From: Armatimonadota bacterium
Lineage (GTDB): Bacteria > Sysuimicrobiota > Sysuimicrobiia > Sysuimicrobiales > Kaftiobacteriaceae
Direction: 5' to 3'
Length of the DNA stretch: 64,000 nucleotides
NCBI GenBank assembly: GCA_037440005.1
Contig: JBBIUY010000006.1
Span: 32,001 to 96,000 of the forward strand
Under the pieces are notes generated by a model. That model was given only the letters and a program-made list of their open reading frames with translations. It had not been told where the DNA came from and did no database searches. Shown one piece after another: positions 12,440-21,302 of the stretch (within the stretch, counting starts at the first letter, position 1; every line of letters starts with the position of its first letter). Position numbers and translations under genes: made by a program.

Positions 12440-12674
12440 CGGACGCCCGCCGGATCTCCAGCACCTGCCCTCCCACCTGCACCACGTCCCCGGGGCGGAC
12501 CTGTCGTCCCCGCCGACGCTCGATCTCCCCGTTCACCCTCACCAGACCCCGGCGGATCAGCTCTTTGGCCTGGCCGCCGGTGGCGGCCAGGCGGGCCCAC
12601 TTCAGCAACGCCCCCAGGGCAATGGTGTCGGTGCGGATGGCCACCACCCGCCGCCCGGCGCTTCCCGCCGCCAC
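12411..12674 (-). CDS. yaaA: S4-domain RNA-binding protein (YaaA-like)
   Basis: LGALLK..TGGQAK..VRVNGEIERRRGRQ; between dnaN and recF. Confidence 0.9.
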   Translation of the reverse strand: MAAGSAGRRVVAIRTDTIALGALLKWARLAATGGQAKELIRRGLVRVNGEIERRRGRQVRPGDVVQVGGQVLEIRRASDDAGAAAPS

Positions 12675-12677
12675 CGC

Positions 12678-13793
12678 CTACCCGTACACCCTCACCGGCG
12701 CCAGCACATAGACGTAGTCGCCGTGGTGGACGGGACGGATCACCCCCGGGCTCAAAGGCCCCGTCAGCTCCAGGAAGACTTCGTCGGTCTCGATGGCGTT
12801 CAGGCAGTCCATCAGGTAGCGGGCGTTGAACGCCGCCTCCACCGTTTCCCCCTCCACCGCCACCTCCACCTCCTCCCGGGCCCGCCCCACCTCGGGCGTG
12901 TTGGAGGTGATGGTTAGGGTGCCGCCCCGGGCCGCCAGCCGCACCACGTTGGCCGAATCCCGCGCCGTGATCGCCGCCCGCCGAATCCCCCGCAACAGCC
13001 GTTCGGTCTGCGCCCGGATGCGCTGCTTCACCGCCTGGGCGTCGGGAATCACCTTCTCGTAGTTGGGAAACTGCCCGCTGATGATGCGCGAAAACACGCG
13101 CAGCCCGGGAACCGAGAACACCACCTGGGTGTCCGCCAGGCTTATCTGGACCTGGGCCTGAACGCCCGCCAGCGCCCTGGCCAGCTCCTGCAGCGCCTTG
13201 GCGGGAACGATCACGCCCAGCTTCTGCCGAGCTTGCCGGCCCAGCGCGGCCTTCCGCAGCGCTAGGCGTCCCCCGTCGGTTGCCACGAACCGCCCTTCGT
13301 CACCCTCGAGAACCACATAGACGCCCGTCAAAAAGGGCCTGGTCTCGTCGGTAGACACCGCAAAAATCGTCTGGGCGATCATCGTGCGCAGGATATCCGC
13401 GTCCACCACCGCCACCGGGTCTCCTTCCACCCGCGGCAGCGCGGGAAAATCGGCGGGCGGCAGGCCGAGGATCTCAAACTCGCTGGTCTCGCAGGCAATC
13501 CGGCACTGCGGTGCTCCTTCTTCCACCCGCAGCTCCACCGTGGCCGCGGGCAACTGCCCGATAATCTCCGCCAGTAGCCGCGCGGGCATCGTCGCCTGTC
13601 CGCCCCGTTTGACCTCCGCGTCGACATCCGCCTGCACGGCCAGCTCCAGATCCGTTGCCGTCAGTCGCAAACGGTCCCGACCGGTTTCCGCTAGTACATA
13701 ACCCAAAATGGGCATCGTCGTTCGGGTGGATACAGCGCGACCGACCAGACCGACGGTTTTGGCCAGTGCCGGTTGTGCACACGTTACCCACAT
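12678..13793 (-). CDS. dnaN: DNA polymerase III beta sliding clamp
   Basis: ATDLE, DETRPFLTG, ATDGGRL, FPNY, FNARYL. Confidence 0.97.
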   Translation of the reverse strand: MWVTCAQPALAKTVGLVGRAVSTRTTMPILGYVLAETGRDRLRLTATDLELAVQADVDAEVKRGGQATMPARLLAEIIGQLPAATVELRVEEGAPQCRIACETSEFEILGLPPADFPALPRVEGDPVAVVDADILRTMIAQTIFAVSTDETRPFLTGVYVVLEGDEGRFVATDGGRLALRKAALGRQARQKLGVIVPAKALQELARALAGVQAQVQISLADTQVVFSVPGLRVFSRIISGQFPNYEKVIPDAQAVKQRIRAQTERLLRGIRRAAITARDSANVVRLAARGGTLTITSNTPEVGRAREEVEVAVEGETVEAAFNARYLMDCLNAIETDEVFLELTGPLSPGVIRPVHHGDYVYVLAPVRVYG

Positions 13794-13804
13794 GAAGTTT
13801 CCTC

Positions 13805-13870
13805 CGGTTAGTGATTATTAATATACTTTCTCTACATACTAGTACACCTGTGGATACTGTGGACAAGATA
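13805..13870 (-). promoter_or_regulatory. oriC unwinding region: tandem DnaA boxes, DnaA-trio-like repeats, AT-rich DUE
   Basis: Minus strand TTGTCCACA GTATCCACA GGT GTA CTA GTA TGTAGAGAAAGTATATTAATAAT; boxes at 13858-13866 and 13849-13857; strikingly AT-rich for this window. Confidence 0.88.
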
Positions 13871-13968
13871 CCAATCAGGTTCACCATAACAAGCAAGACG
13901 TGTGCGCACAACCTGCGGGTATGTACACCCGAGATATGCACAGCCTGCGTAGGGAACGCGGTCGAGTG

Positions 13969-15309
13969 TCAATCGGCGTTGTGAATGGTGTCGATGAGTT
14001 TCTTTAAGGTGGCGGCGAGGTACGGGTCGCGGGCCAGGACGGCTTTGACGCGCTCGCAGGCGTGCATGACCGTGGTGTGGTCGCGGCCGCCGAACTCTTC
14101 CCCGATCCGCGGCAGCGACGCGTCGGTGAGCTCTCGCGCCAGGTACATGGCGATCTGGCGGGGGAAAGCGATTCCTTTGGTGCGCCGTTTGGCGCGCATC
14201 TCCTCGACGCGCAGACCGAAGTGGTCGGCCACCACCTTCTGAATGAGGGGAATCGTCACCACCCGGGGCGCGGTAGCGGGAAGCAGCTCTTTGAGGATTT
14301 CGGCGGCCAGCTCGACCGTCATGGGGGCGCGGGTCAGGGTGGCGTAGGCCACCACCCGGACCAGGGCGCCCTCCAGCTCCCGGATGTTGGACTGGATGCG
14401 CTGGGCGATGTACTCGGCCACATCGTCGGGTACGGTCATGCCGTCCAGCTCAGCTTTCTTACGCAGGATGGCGATGCGGGTCTCCAGGTCGGGTGGCTGG
14501 ATGTCGGCGATCAGTCCCCACTCGAACCGCGACCGCAGCCGATCCTCCAGGGTGGGGATCTCCTTGGGAGGGCGGTCGCTGGTGATGATAATCTGGCGGC
14601 TGGCCTCGTGGAGGGTGTTGAACGTGTGGAAGAACTCTTCCTGGGTGCGCTCCTTGCCCGCCAGGAACTGGATGTCGTCGATCAGAAGGACGTCCACGTT
14701 GCGGTACTTGGTGCGGAACTCCAGGGTCCGGTCGTCGCGGATGGCGTTGATGAGTTCGTTGGTGAACTTCTCGCTGCTGATGTACGCCACGCGGGTGAGC
14801 TGGTGCTTGTGGATCACGTGGTGGCCGATGGCCTGCAGCAGGTGCGTCTTGCCCAGCCCCACGCCGCCGTAGATGAACAGGGGGTTGTAGGCCCGGGCGG
14901 GAGCTTCGGCCACGGCCATGGCGGCGGCGTGGGCGAACCGGTTTCCCGATCCGATGACGAAGGTGTCGAAGGTGTACTTCGGCGACAGCGGGAGGCCTTC
15001 GGGCGGCCGGGGGAGGGGCGAGGACGCGGCCGGAGGAGGGGTGGCAGGCCCCTCGGCCACGGTGATCTGGACGGACACGGGGCGGGCCAGCACCTCCTGC
15101 AGGGCGGTGTGGATGAGGCTGGAAAAGCGCGTCTCCACCCACTCCTTGGCCAGCCGGGTCGGAACGGAAAAGACGAAGGTGTTGTCGGTCAGCGCCACGG
15201 GGACCATGGCTTTGACGAAAGACTCGTAGCTGGGTTTGCTGAGGCGGCCTTCGATGCGCCGCAAAGCCGCCTGCCAGACGCCAGCTGCGGACGTGGTGTT
15301 GACGGCCAT
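13969..15309 (-). CDS. dnaA: Chromosomal replication initiator DnaA
   Basis: [44 protein letters not shown]. Confidence 0.99.
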   Translation of the reverse strand: MAVNTTSAAGVWQAALRRIEGRLSKPSYESFVKAMVPVALTDNTFVFSVPTRLAKEWVETRFSSLIHTALQEVLARPVSVQITVAEGPATPPPAASSPLPRPPEGLPLSPKYTFDTFVIGSGNRFAHAAAMAVAEAPARAYNPLFIYGGVGLGKTHLLQAIGHHVIHKHQLTRVAYISSEKFTNELINAIRDDRTLEFRTKYRNVDVLLIDDIQFLAGKERTQEEFFHTFNTLHEASRQIIITSDRPPKEIPTLEDRLRSRFEWGLIADIQPPDLETRIAILRKKAELDGMTVPDDVAEYIAQRIQSNIRELEGALVRVVAYATLTRAPMTVELAAEILKELLPATAPRVVTIPLIQKVVADHFGLRVEEMRAKRRTKGIAFPRQIAMYLARELTDASLPRIGEEFGGRDHTTVMHACERVKAVLARDPYLAATLKKLIDTIHNAD

Positions 15310-15345
15310 CGGTGCGCCCTCCTGGGTGTGGATGCCGCGGGCGGC

Positions 15346-16131
15346 CTACGGCGCGAAGACGTCGCCCAGGGCGGCGATGCCTTCCTCGGTCAGCGTTCGC
15401 CGGCCGGCGGCCTTGTTGTCCACCAGGCGCCGGCGTTCCAGCAGCCGGAGCTCGCGGTATGCGGTGCTCTGGCTGACGCCGAGTTCTTTGGCGATCGCCG
15501 ACGGACCGGCGGAGCCCAGCTCGGCGATGAGCAGGAGGACCTTCTTCTGCCGGGAGGTCAGGTCCGGCGGCCGCCCGGGCGGGCTGTCCGGGCTTCCCTC
15601 GGGGACGCGCGCGCGTTCCGGATTCACCGTGAGGGTCACCACAGTGCCCCCGCCCAGGTTGTCGTCGATGGTGAGGGTTCCCCCCAGCAGAGTCACCTGC
15701 TCCCGGGCCACCGGCAGGCCGGCGCCCACCCCGCGGATCAGGCGGCGCAGGTCGGCGGTGGCGCTGGTGAACCCGGGCTGCAGCGCCCGTGCTTTGTCGG
15801 CGATGCCGGGTCCCCGGTCCGAGACCCGAATGGTGTTTCCCGAATCCAGGATGCTGATCACGGCGTCCTGGAACCGTGCGTGCACCAGGTTCTCCACGAC
15901 CTCCCGGACGGCCGCGAACGGGATCCGTCCGCCCCGGTCGCGGGCCAGGGTGTAGGTCCGCGCCGCCAGGTCTTCGATCAACCCCTCCACATCGCGACCG
16001 CGCACCACCGTCACCACGGGAGCCGCCAGTGGGGAGTCGTACACGGCCACGCGGACCTCCGGCGGCCCGTCCTCGCCCGCGCGCGCGGCTGTACCCTCCG
16101 TCAGGCCGGGGGCTTCCGACATCACCGTCAT
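15346..16131 (-). CDS. Uncharacterised GHKL (HATPase_c) ATPase fused to a C-terminal winged HTH
   Basis: EVVENLVHA (N box), DRGPGI (G1), GFTS, GVGAGL (G2), GGTVV (G3); LTSRQKKVL...AKELGVSQSTAYRELRLLE...RTLTEEG wHTH; start trimmed from the 462-aa ORF. Confidence 0.85.
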   Translation of the reverse strand: MTVMSEAPGLTEGTAARAGEDGPPEVRVAVYDSPLAAPVVTVVRGRDVEGLIEDLAARTYTLARDRGGRIPFAAVREVVENLVHARFQDAVISILDSGNTIRVSDRGPGIADKARALQPGFTSATADLRRLIRGVGAGLPVAREQVTLLGGTLTIDDNLGGGTVVTLTVNPERARVPEGSPDSPPGRPPDLTSRQKKVLLLIAELGSAGPSAIAKELGVSQSTAYRELRLLERRRLVDNKAAGRRTLTEEGIAALGDVFAP

Positions 16132-16289
16132 GGCGTCAGCCCGCCCGCCGGAGGTCCCGCGCCGCGGAAAGATCCCTGTGTCGGTGGAAACGCTTTCCGG
16201 TGTTTGGCCACCCACGGGACAACTCCTACCGCCGCGCCGGTCGGGCGGCAGATTTCGTGCAGGTCCGTGACCGTGCGCGCGATGACCGC

Positions 16290-16565
16290 GGCTGTGGACA
16301 CGACGTACTGGGAAGCACCCCGACTTTCTCGGTCCGGTCGGCGGTGTCCTGCCGAACATGGGTGTGGGGCGCGCCTCCGGAAGTGCGCCGGGCGCGCTCG
16401 GGCGCGGGTATCCACAGGAGACGCCGCGGTTGTGGACAAGACGCGGGAGAAGGGGCGCATGAGCCCCCGGGCCCAGGGGAAGGGGGCGGGTGCGGGGACC
16501 GGAGAGGGAGGGCGTCTGGGAAAATTGTGGACAAGACCCCCCGTTGTCCCCAGGTTGTGCACACC
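16290..16565. promoter_or_regulatory. Upstream DnaA-box cluster (second origin element / dnaA autoregulation)
   Basis: TGTGGACAC 16293, GTATCCACA 16408, TGTGGACAA 16431 and 16526, TTGTCCCCA 16544, TTGTGCACA 16555. Confidence 0.8.
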
Positions 16566-16587
16566 GCCGTCGCGAGATGGGGCGTCG

Positions 16588-16617
16588 TTGTGCCCGGGGA
16601 GGGGGCCGTGTTATAGT
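16588..16617 (+). promoter_or_regulatory. Putative rpmH promoter
   Basis: TTGTGC-N18-TATAGT with TG extension. Confidence 0.5.
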
Positions 16618-16688
16618 GGCCTCTGCCTGCGGGGGGCCGTCTCCGCGGAGGGGCCAGGCCCGCGGGCCGGGCGGCGGCGAGGTGCGGG

Positions 16689-16826
16689 GTGAAGCGGACC
16701 TACCAGCCCAGGGTGCGCAAAAGGAGGAGGACACACGGGTTTTTGGTCCGGATGCGGACGCCCGGCGGTCGGAACGTTCTGCGCCGGAGGCGGGCCAAGG
16801 GTCGGTGGCGGCTGACGCCCCGGTAG
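16689..16826 (+). CDS. rpmH: 50S ribosomal protein L34
   Basis: Manual translation [45 protein letters not shown]; too short for the ORF track. Confidence 0.97.
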   Translation: MKRTYQPRVRKRRRTHGFLVRMRTPGGRNVLRRRRAKGRWRLTPR

Positions 16827-16849
16827 GCCTGCGGCCGGGCGCTGTCCGG

Positions 16850-17209
16850 GTGGAGGCGCTGAGGGGCCGGGCGGCGTTCGACAGGGTCTACAGGGAGGGC
16901 CGCCGGGTCGGGGGGCCGGTGGCCGTCCTTGTCGTCCGGGCGGGAGGCGGGTCCGGAGTGCGCGCGGGCATCGCGGTCGGGCGGGCGGCGGGAAGGGCTG
17001 TCGCGCGCAACCGCCTGCGCCGGCGCCTGCGCGAGGCCTTCAGGAGCCTGGCCGGGAGGATGCGGCCCGGCTTTGACGTGGTCATCGTCGCGCGTCCCGA
17101 GGCGGCCCGCCGGCCCTTTGCCGCCCTGGTGGACGACCTGGAGACCCTGCTCAGGCGGGCGGAGGTGCTGGGTCCCGGAGGAGAGGCGGCGGCAGGTGAG
17201 GGGTCGTGA
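16850..17209 (+). CDS. rnpA: Ribonuclease P protein component
   Basis: [16 protein letters not shown] motif; follows rpmH. Confidence 0.93.
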   Translation: MEALRGRAAFDRVYREGRRVGGPVAVLVVRAGGGSGVRAGIAVGRAAGRAVARNRLRRRLREAFRSLAGRMRPGFDVVIVARPEAARRPFAALVDDLETLLRRAEVLGPGGEAAAGEGS

Positions 17210-17415
17210 CCCGGCTTGTGCTGTTTCTGATCGGCGCCTATCAGCGGTGGATCTCCCCCTACATTCCGCCCACGTGCCGGTTTTACCCCTCGTGTTCGTC
17301 GTACGCCGCCGCGGCCGTCGCGCGATACGGGGTGTGGCGGGGTGGGATGCTGGCCGTGCGGCGGCTGTTGCGGTGCCACCCGTGGAACCCGGGCGGGTAC
17401 GACCCGGTCCCCTGA
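17206..17415 (+). CDS. yidD: Membrane protein insertion efficiency factor
   Basis: [31 protein letters not shown]. Confidence 0.96.
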   Translation: MTRLVLFLIGAYQRWISPYIPPTCRFYPSCSSYAAAAVARYGVWRGGMLAVRRLLRCHPWNPGGYDPVP

Positions 17416-17452
17416 CCGCGCGGTCTTCGGTGGGCGGGGGAACAGACAGACC

Positions 17453-18148
17453 ATGATCACGGGGATCGCCGACGCCCTGGTCGCGCTGCTCAACGTGTTC
17501 CACCGCTGGACGGGCAGTTACGGGCTGTCCATCATTCTGCTCACCCTGGCCATCAAGGTCGTGCTGCACCCCCTGACCCGCCGGCAGCTGGGCTCCATGA
17601 AGGCCATGCAGGCGCTGGCGCCCCAGGTGCAGGTTCTGCGGGACAAATACCGGGACAACCCGCAGCAGATGAACATCGAGATCATGAACCTGTACCGGGC
17701 GCACCGGGTCAACCCGCTGTCCGGGTGCCTGCCGATGCTGGTGCAGCTCCCGGTCCTGTGGGCGCTGTTCGCCGCGCTGCGGCGGCAGGGGTTGTTTGGG
17801 GGGGAGACCTTTCTGGGCGCTGCGCTGGACCAGGTGCCCACGTTTGCGGCGATGCGGGACAACCCCCTTCTCGCGGTGTACCCCCTGCTGGTGGGCGCCA
17901 CCACCTACCTGCAGCAGAGGCTGACCATCGCCGACCCGCAGCAGGCGCGCATGTATGTGTTCATGCCCGTGCTGGTGGCCTGGTTCGCAACGCAGTTCCA
18001 GGTGGGGCTGTCGCTGTACTGGATCGTGTCCACCCTGGCCTACGCCGCCGAGTACCTGCTCGTGGTGGGCCGGTCCGGGCCGTCCCCCGCCCCCCGCCAG
18101 GCCCCCCAGATCCTCCCGCAGCGCCCGAAGGGGGCCAAGAAGAAGTGA
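17453..18148 (+). CDS. yidC: YidC/Oxa1 membrane insertase (short form, no large periplasmic domain)
   Basis: YGLSIILLT, NPLSGCLPMLVQLP, GLSLYW. Confidence 0.93.
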   Translation: MITGIADALVALLNVFHRWTGSYGLSIILLTLAIKVVLHPLTRRQLGSMKAMQALAPQVQVLRDKYRDNPQQMNIEIMNLYRAHRVNPLSGCLPMLVQLPVLWALFAALRRQGLFGGETFLGAALDQVPTFAAMRDNPLLAVYPLLVGATTYLQQRLTIADPQQARMYVFMPVLVAWFATQFQVGLSLYWIVSTLAYAAEYLLVVGRSGPSPAPRQAPQILPQRPKGAKKK

Positions 18149-18792
18149 TGCAGGTGGAGGCCAGCGGGCGGACGGTGGAAGAGGCGGTCGCCCGGGCCCT
18201 GGAGGAGCTGGGAGTCGAGCGGGAAGACGTCGAGGTCGAGGTCCTGGACCCCGGCTCGCGGGGGATGCTGGGCTTTGGGGCGCGGGATGCGCGCGTCCGG
18301 GTGGCGGTCAAGCCTTCCCCCGCCGCCGTGGCCCACCAGCTGATGGCGCGCCTGATCGACCACCTGGGGATCCAGGGAACGGTGAGGGCCAGAGAGCAGG
18401 ACGGCGGCGTGCTGGTCACCGTCTCGGGCGAGCACCTGGGGGCGTTGATCGGCCGCAGGGGCGCGACGCTGGAAGCCGTCCAGTTCCTGCTGGGGCTGAT
18501 GGTGAGCCGGAAGGTGCGCTCTCTCGTGCGGGTGACTGTGGACGCCGGCGGGTACCGGGAGCGGCGGATCAAGTCCCTGCAGGAACAGGCCCGCCGCGCC
18601 GCCGAGAGGGCCGTCCGGGAGGGGCGGGAAGTCATGCTGGAACCCATGGCTGCCTCCGACCGGCGTGTGATCCACCTGACCCTGGCCGGGCATCCCGGGG
18701 TGGTCACCGAGAGCCGTGGGGAGGGGGAAGATCGCCGCGTGGTGGTCATCCCCCGGTTTTCCGAGGACGCCCCGTCCCCCTCTGGTCTCTGA
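18148..18792 (+). CDS. jag: Jag/EloR/KhpB RNA-binding protein (Jag_N-KH-R3H)
   Basis: GRTVEEA, LIGRRGATL, RRVIH. Confidence 0.93.
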   Translation: MQVEASGRTVEEAVARALEELGVEREDVEVEVLDPGSRGMLGFGARDARVRVAVKPSPAAVAHQLMARLIDHLGIQGTVRAREQDGGVLVTVSGEHLGALIGRRGATLEAVQFLLGLMVSRKVRSLVRVTVDAGGYRERRIKSLQEQARRAAERAVREGREVMLEPMAASDRRVIHLTLAGHPGVVTESRGEGEDRRVVVIPRFSEDAPSPSGL

Positions 18793-19504
18793 GCGCTCCC
18801 TGGGAAACCTGGTCAGGGACCTGGCGTCTGCTGCCGGGGTCGTCCTGGACGACGCCCAGGTCCGCCAGATGGTGCGCTACCTGGACCTGGTGGCGTCCTG
18901 GAGCCGGAAGGCGCGGCTGACGGCGGTCGCCAACCCCCCGTCGGCCGCCCGGGTGCACGTGGCGGACTCGCTGCTCTGCCTGCGCGCCGGGATTCCTCAT
19001 CTGGCGACCGTTGTGGACGTCGGCAGCGGCGCGGGCCTGCCGGGGATTCCCCTGAAGATCGCCAGGCCGGACCTGGCCGTCACCCTGGTGGAACCCTCCC
19101 AGAGGAGGGCGGCTTTTCTGGAGATGGCGTGCGCGGATCTGGGCCTGGAAGTGGAAGTGGTCGCCCGGCCGGCCGAGGAGGTCGGGCGGGATCCCCGGTA
19201 CAGGGAGGCGTTCCAGGTCGCTGTGGCCCGGGCGGTGGCGCCGATGAGGGCGCTTGCCGAGCTGGTCCTTCCCCTGATCCGGCCCGGCGGAAAGGCCGTC
19301 TTGCTGAAAGGACCGGCGGCGGGGGAGGAGGTGGAGCGGGCGCGGACTGCCCTCAGCGTGCTGGGGGGAGGGACGCCCGCGCTGGTGCCGGCGTCCATCC
19401 CCGGGAGCCCCGAGCGGGTGGTCGTGGTCGTCCCCAAGGTCGCACCCACCCCGTCGCGGTACCCCAGGCGCCCGGGTGTCCCGCGACGCCGCCCTCTGGG
19501 GTGA
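18782..19504 (+). CDS. rsmG: 16S rRNA m7G527 methyltransferase (start uncertain)
   Basis: HVADSL, DVGSGAGLPGIPL, ARAVA, YPRRPG. Confidence 0.92.
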   Translation: MVSERSLGNLVRDLASAAGVVLDDAQVRQMVRYLDLVASWSRKARLTAVANPPSAARVHVADSLLCLRAGIPHLATVVDVGSGAGLPGIPLKIARPDLAVTLVEPSQRRAAFLEMACADLGLEVEVVARPAEEVGRDPRYREAFQVAVARAVAPMRALAELVLPLIRPGGKAVLLKGPAAGEEVERARTALSVLGGGTPALVPASIPGSPERVVVVVPKVAPTPSRYPRRPGVPRRRPLG

Positions 19505-19549
19505 GCAGCCGGAGGACCCCCACAGGTCGTACCGAATGTGGGTTTGCAG

Positions 19550-20332
19550 ATGGGGCGCGTCATCGCGGTGGCCAACCAGAAGGGTGGGGTGGGCAAGACC
19601 ACCACGGCGGTGAACCTCTCGGCCGCTTTGGCGCTGCAGGGGCTGCACGTCCTGGTGGTGGACGCCGACCCCCAGGGCCACGCCACCGGAGGTTTGGGCA
19701 TCCCCCGCCCCCCTCGGCACGCGTCCCTGTACGACGTCCTGACCAGCGGTGCGTCACTGGCGTCGGTGCTGGTGCCGAGCCCGCTGAAGGGGTTGGACAT
19801 GGCCCCGTCCAGCCCGGACCTGGCTGGCGCCGAGGTGGAACTGGTGGGCCTGCCGTCCCGGGAATTCCGCCTGCGGGAGGCCCTGCGCCCCGTGCGGGAG
19901 TGGTACGAGTTCGTTTTTGTGGACTGCCCCCCCTCGCTGGGCCTGCTGACCCTCAACGCCCTGGTGGCCGCCGACGAAGTCTTGGTCCCCATCCAGTGCG
20001 AGTACTACGCCCTGGAGGGGCTGTCCCGGCTGGTGGACACGGTGGCGCTCGTCCGCCGGCGGCTGCATCCCCAGCTGCGGGTGGGCGGGGTGCTGCTCAC
20101 CATGTTCGACCCCCGCACAAACCTCGCCGAGCAGGTCGCCGCCGAAGTCCGCCGGCACTTCCCCCGGGAGGTCTTTGACACCGTCATTCCCCGCAGCGTG
20201 CGGCTGGCGGAGGCGCCGTCGTTCGGGCAGCCCGCGGTGACCTACGACCCGACGTCCAGGGGGGCTCAGGCGTACGTGGCCCTGGCCAGGGAGGTGCGCG
20301 CCCGTGCCGGACAACCCGTTCCCGTCGGCTGA
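19550..20332 (+). CDS. parA: ParA/Soj ATPase
   Basis: NQKGGVGKTTT, DCPPSLG, QCEYYALEG. Confidence 0.96.
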   Translation: MGRVIAVANQKGGVGKTTTAVNLSAALALQGLHVLVVDADPQGHATGGLGIPRPPRHASLYDVLTSGASLASVLVPSPLKGLDMAPSSPDLAGAEVELVGLPSREFRLREALRPVREWYEFVFVDCPPSLGLLTLNALVAADEVLVPIQCEYYALEGLSRLVDTVALVRRRLHPQLRVGGVLLTMFDPRTNLAEQVAAEVRRHFPREVFDTVIPRSVRLAEAPSFGQPAVTYDPTSRGAQAYVALAREVRARAGQPVPVG

Positions 20333-21170
20333 CCCCAGGCGGAGGGGGCTGGGACGGGGGCTGGCGGCCCTCATCCCGGGCGCCGACACCCCGGACAGAC
20401 CGGCGGAGATCCCCCTGTCCAGGCTGAAGCCGGGCGCCTTCCAGCCCCGCCAGACCGTCGACCCCCGGGAACTTGAGGAACTGGCCGAGTCCGTGCGCCG
20501 CCACGGGGTGCTGCAGCCCATCGTGGTGCGGCCCGCCGGCGACGGGTTCGAGGTCGTGGCGGGAGAGCGCCGGTGGAGGGCGGCGGAAGCGGCGGGCCTG
20601 CAAACCGTCCCGGCCCTGGTGCGGGACCTGGACGACAGGGAGGCTCTGGAGCTGGCGCTGGTCGAAAACCTCCAGCGCCAGGACCTGTCGCCCCTCCAGA
20701 GGGCCCGGGCGTACCGCCGGCTGGTGGAGGAGTTCGGGCTGACCCAGGAGCAGGTGGCCGAGCGGGTGGGCAAAAGCCAGCCGTCGGTGGCCAACACCCT
20801 GCGCCTGCTGCAGCTGCCCCCGCCCATCCAGGCCAGCCTGGAGGCGGGCCGGATCAGCGAGGGGCACGCCCGCGCCATTCTGTCGGCGGGGACGGTGCAG
20901 AAGATGCTGGACGTCTGGGAGAAGGTGGAGCGCCGGGGCCTGTCGGTGCGCGAGACCGAAGCCCTGGTCCGGTCGGCTATTTCACGTGGAATGCCCTCGC
21001 GGCCGAGGGGGAGGTCAGACCCCCACCTGCGGGCGGTGGAGCAGGAGCTGGCCCGCCGGTACGCCACCGACGTGCGCGTGGCGGGCAGCCCCCGCCGGGG
21101 GAGGCTGATGTTTGCCTACCGGTCCGAGGAGGACCTCCAGAGGCTGGTGGACCTCCTGCTGCGCCGCTGA
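20304..21170 (+). CDS. parB: ParB/Spo0J CTPase
   Basis: GLGRGLAAL, GERRWRA, ENLQR, HTH. Confidence 0.96.
   Translation: MPDNPFPSADPRRRGLGRGLAALIPGADTPDRPAEIPLSRLKPGAFQPRQTVDPRELEELAESVRRHGVLQPIVVRPAGDGFEVVAGERRWRAAEAAGLQTVPALVRDLDDREALELALVENLQRQDLSPLQRARAYRRLVEEFGLTQEQVAERVGKSQPSVANTLRLLQLPPPIQASLEAGRISEGHARAILSAGTVQKMLDVWEKVERRGLSVRETEALVRSAISRGMPSRPRGRSDPHLRAVEQELARRYATDVRVAGSPRRGRLMFAYRSEEDLQRLVDLLLRR
20978..20993. promoter_or_regulatory. Putative parS site inside parB
   Basis: TATTTCACGTGGAATG; 12-bp core matches the consensus TGTTNCACGTGAAACA with three flank mismatches. Confidence 0.6.
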
Positions 21171-21302
21171 CCGCCCGGGCGGTCCTCCGCCCGTCAGAAT
21201 GATGTCCATAATTGCTCATCTTATTCGCTCTACTCCGCTGCCACGGATCCGCGTCCGCGTCGGCGACAGGGAGGGGAGGCGGTGGAGAACCCGGGAGGAC
21301 CG

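Noticed and set aside
14062..16692. 876-aa plus-strand ORF across dnaA and the origin
   Set aside because: Shadow ORF opposite dnaA and the GHKL gene
16132..16734. 200-aa N-terminal extension of the GHKL-wHTH ORF
   Set aside because: Low-complexity Pro/Arg sequence running through DnaA boxes and into rpmH; treated as non-coding
18792..18800. mnmE/mnmG expected between jag and rsmG (also gdpP before rplI)
   Set aside because: Absent from this window with no remnant; genome-wide loss cannot be inferred from one window
21195..21230. Possible dif/Xer site
   Set aside because: Only CATAA resembles an arm; the opposite arm and spacing do not fit, and it lies near oriC rather than the terminus
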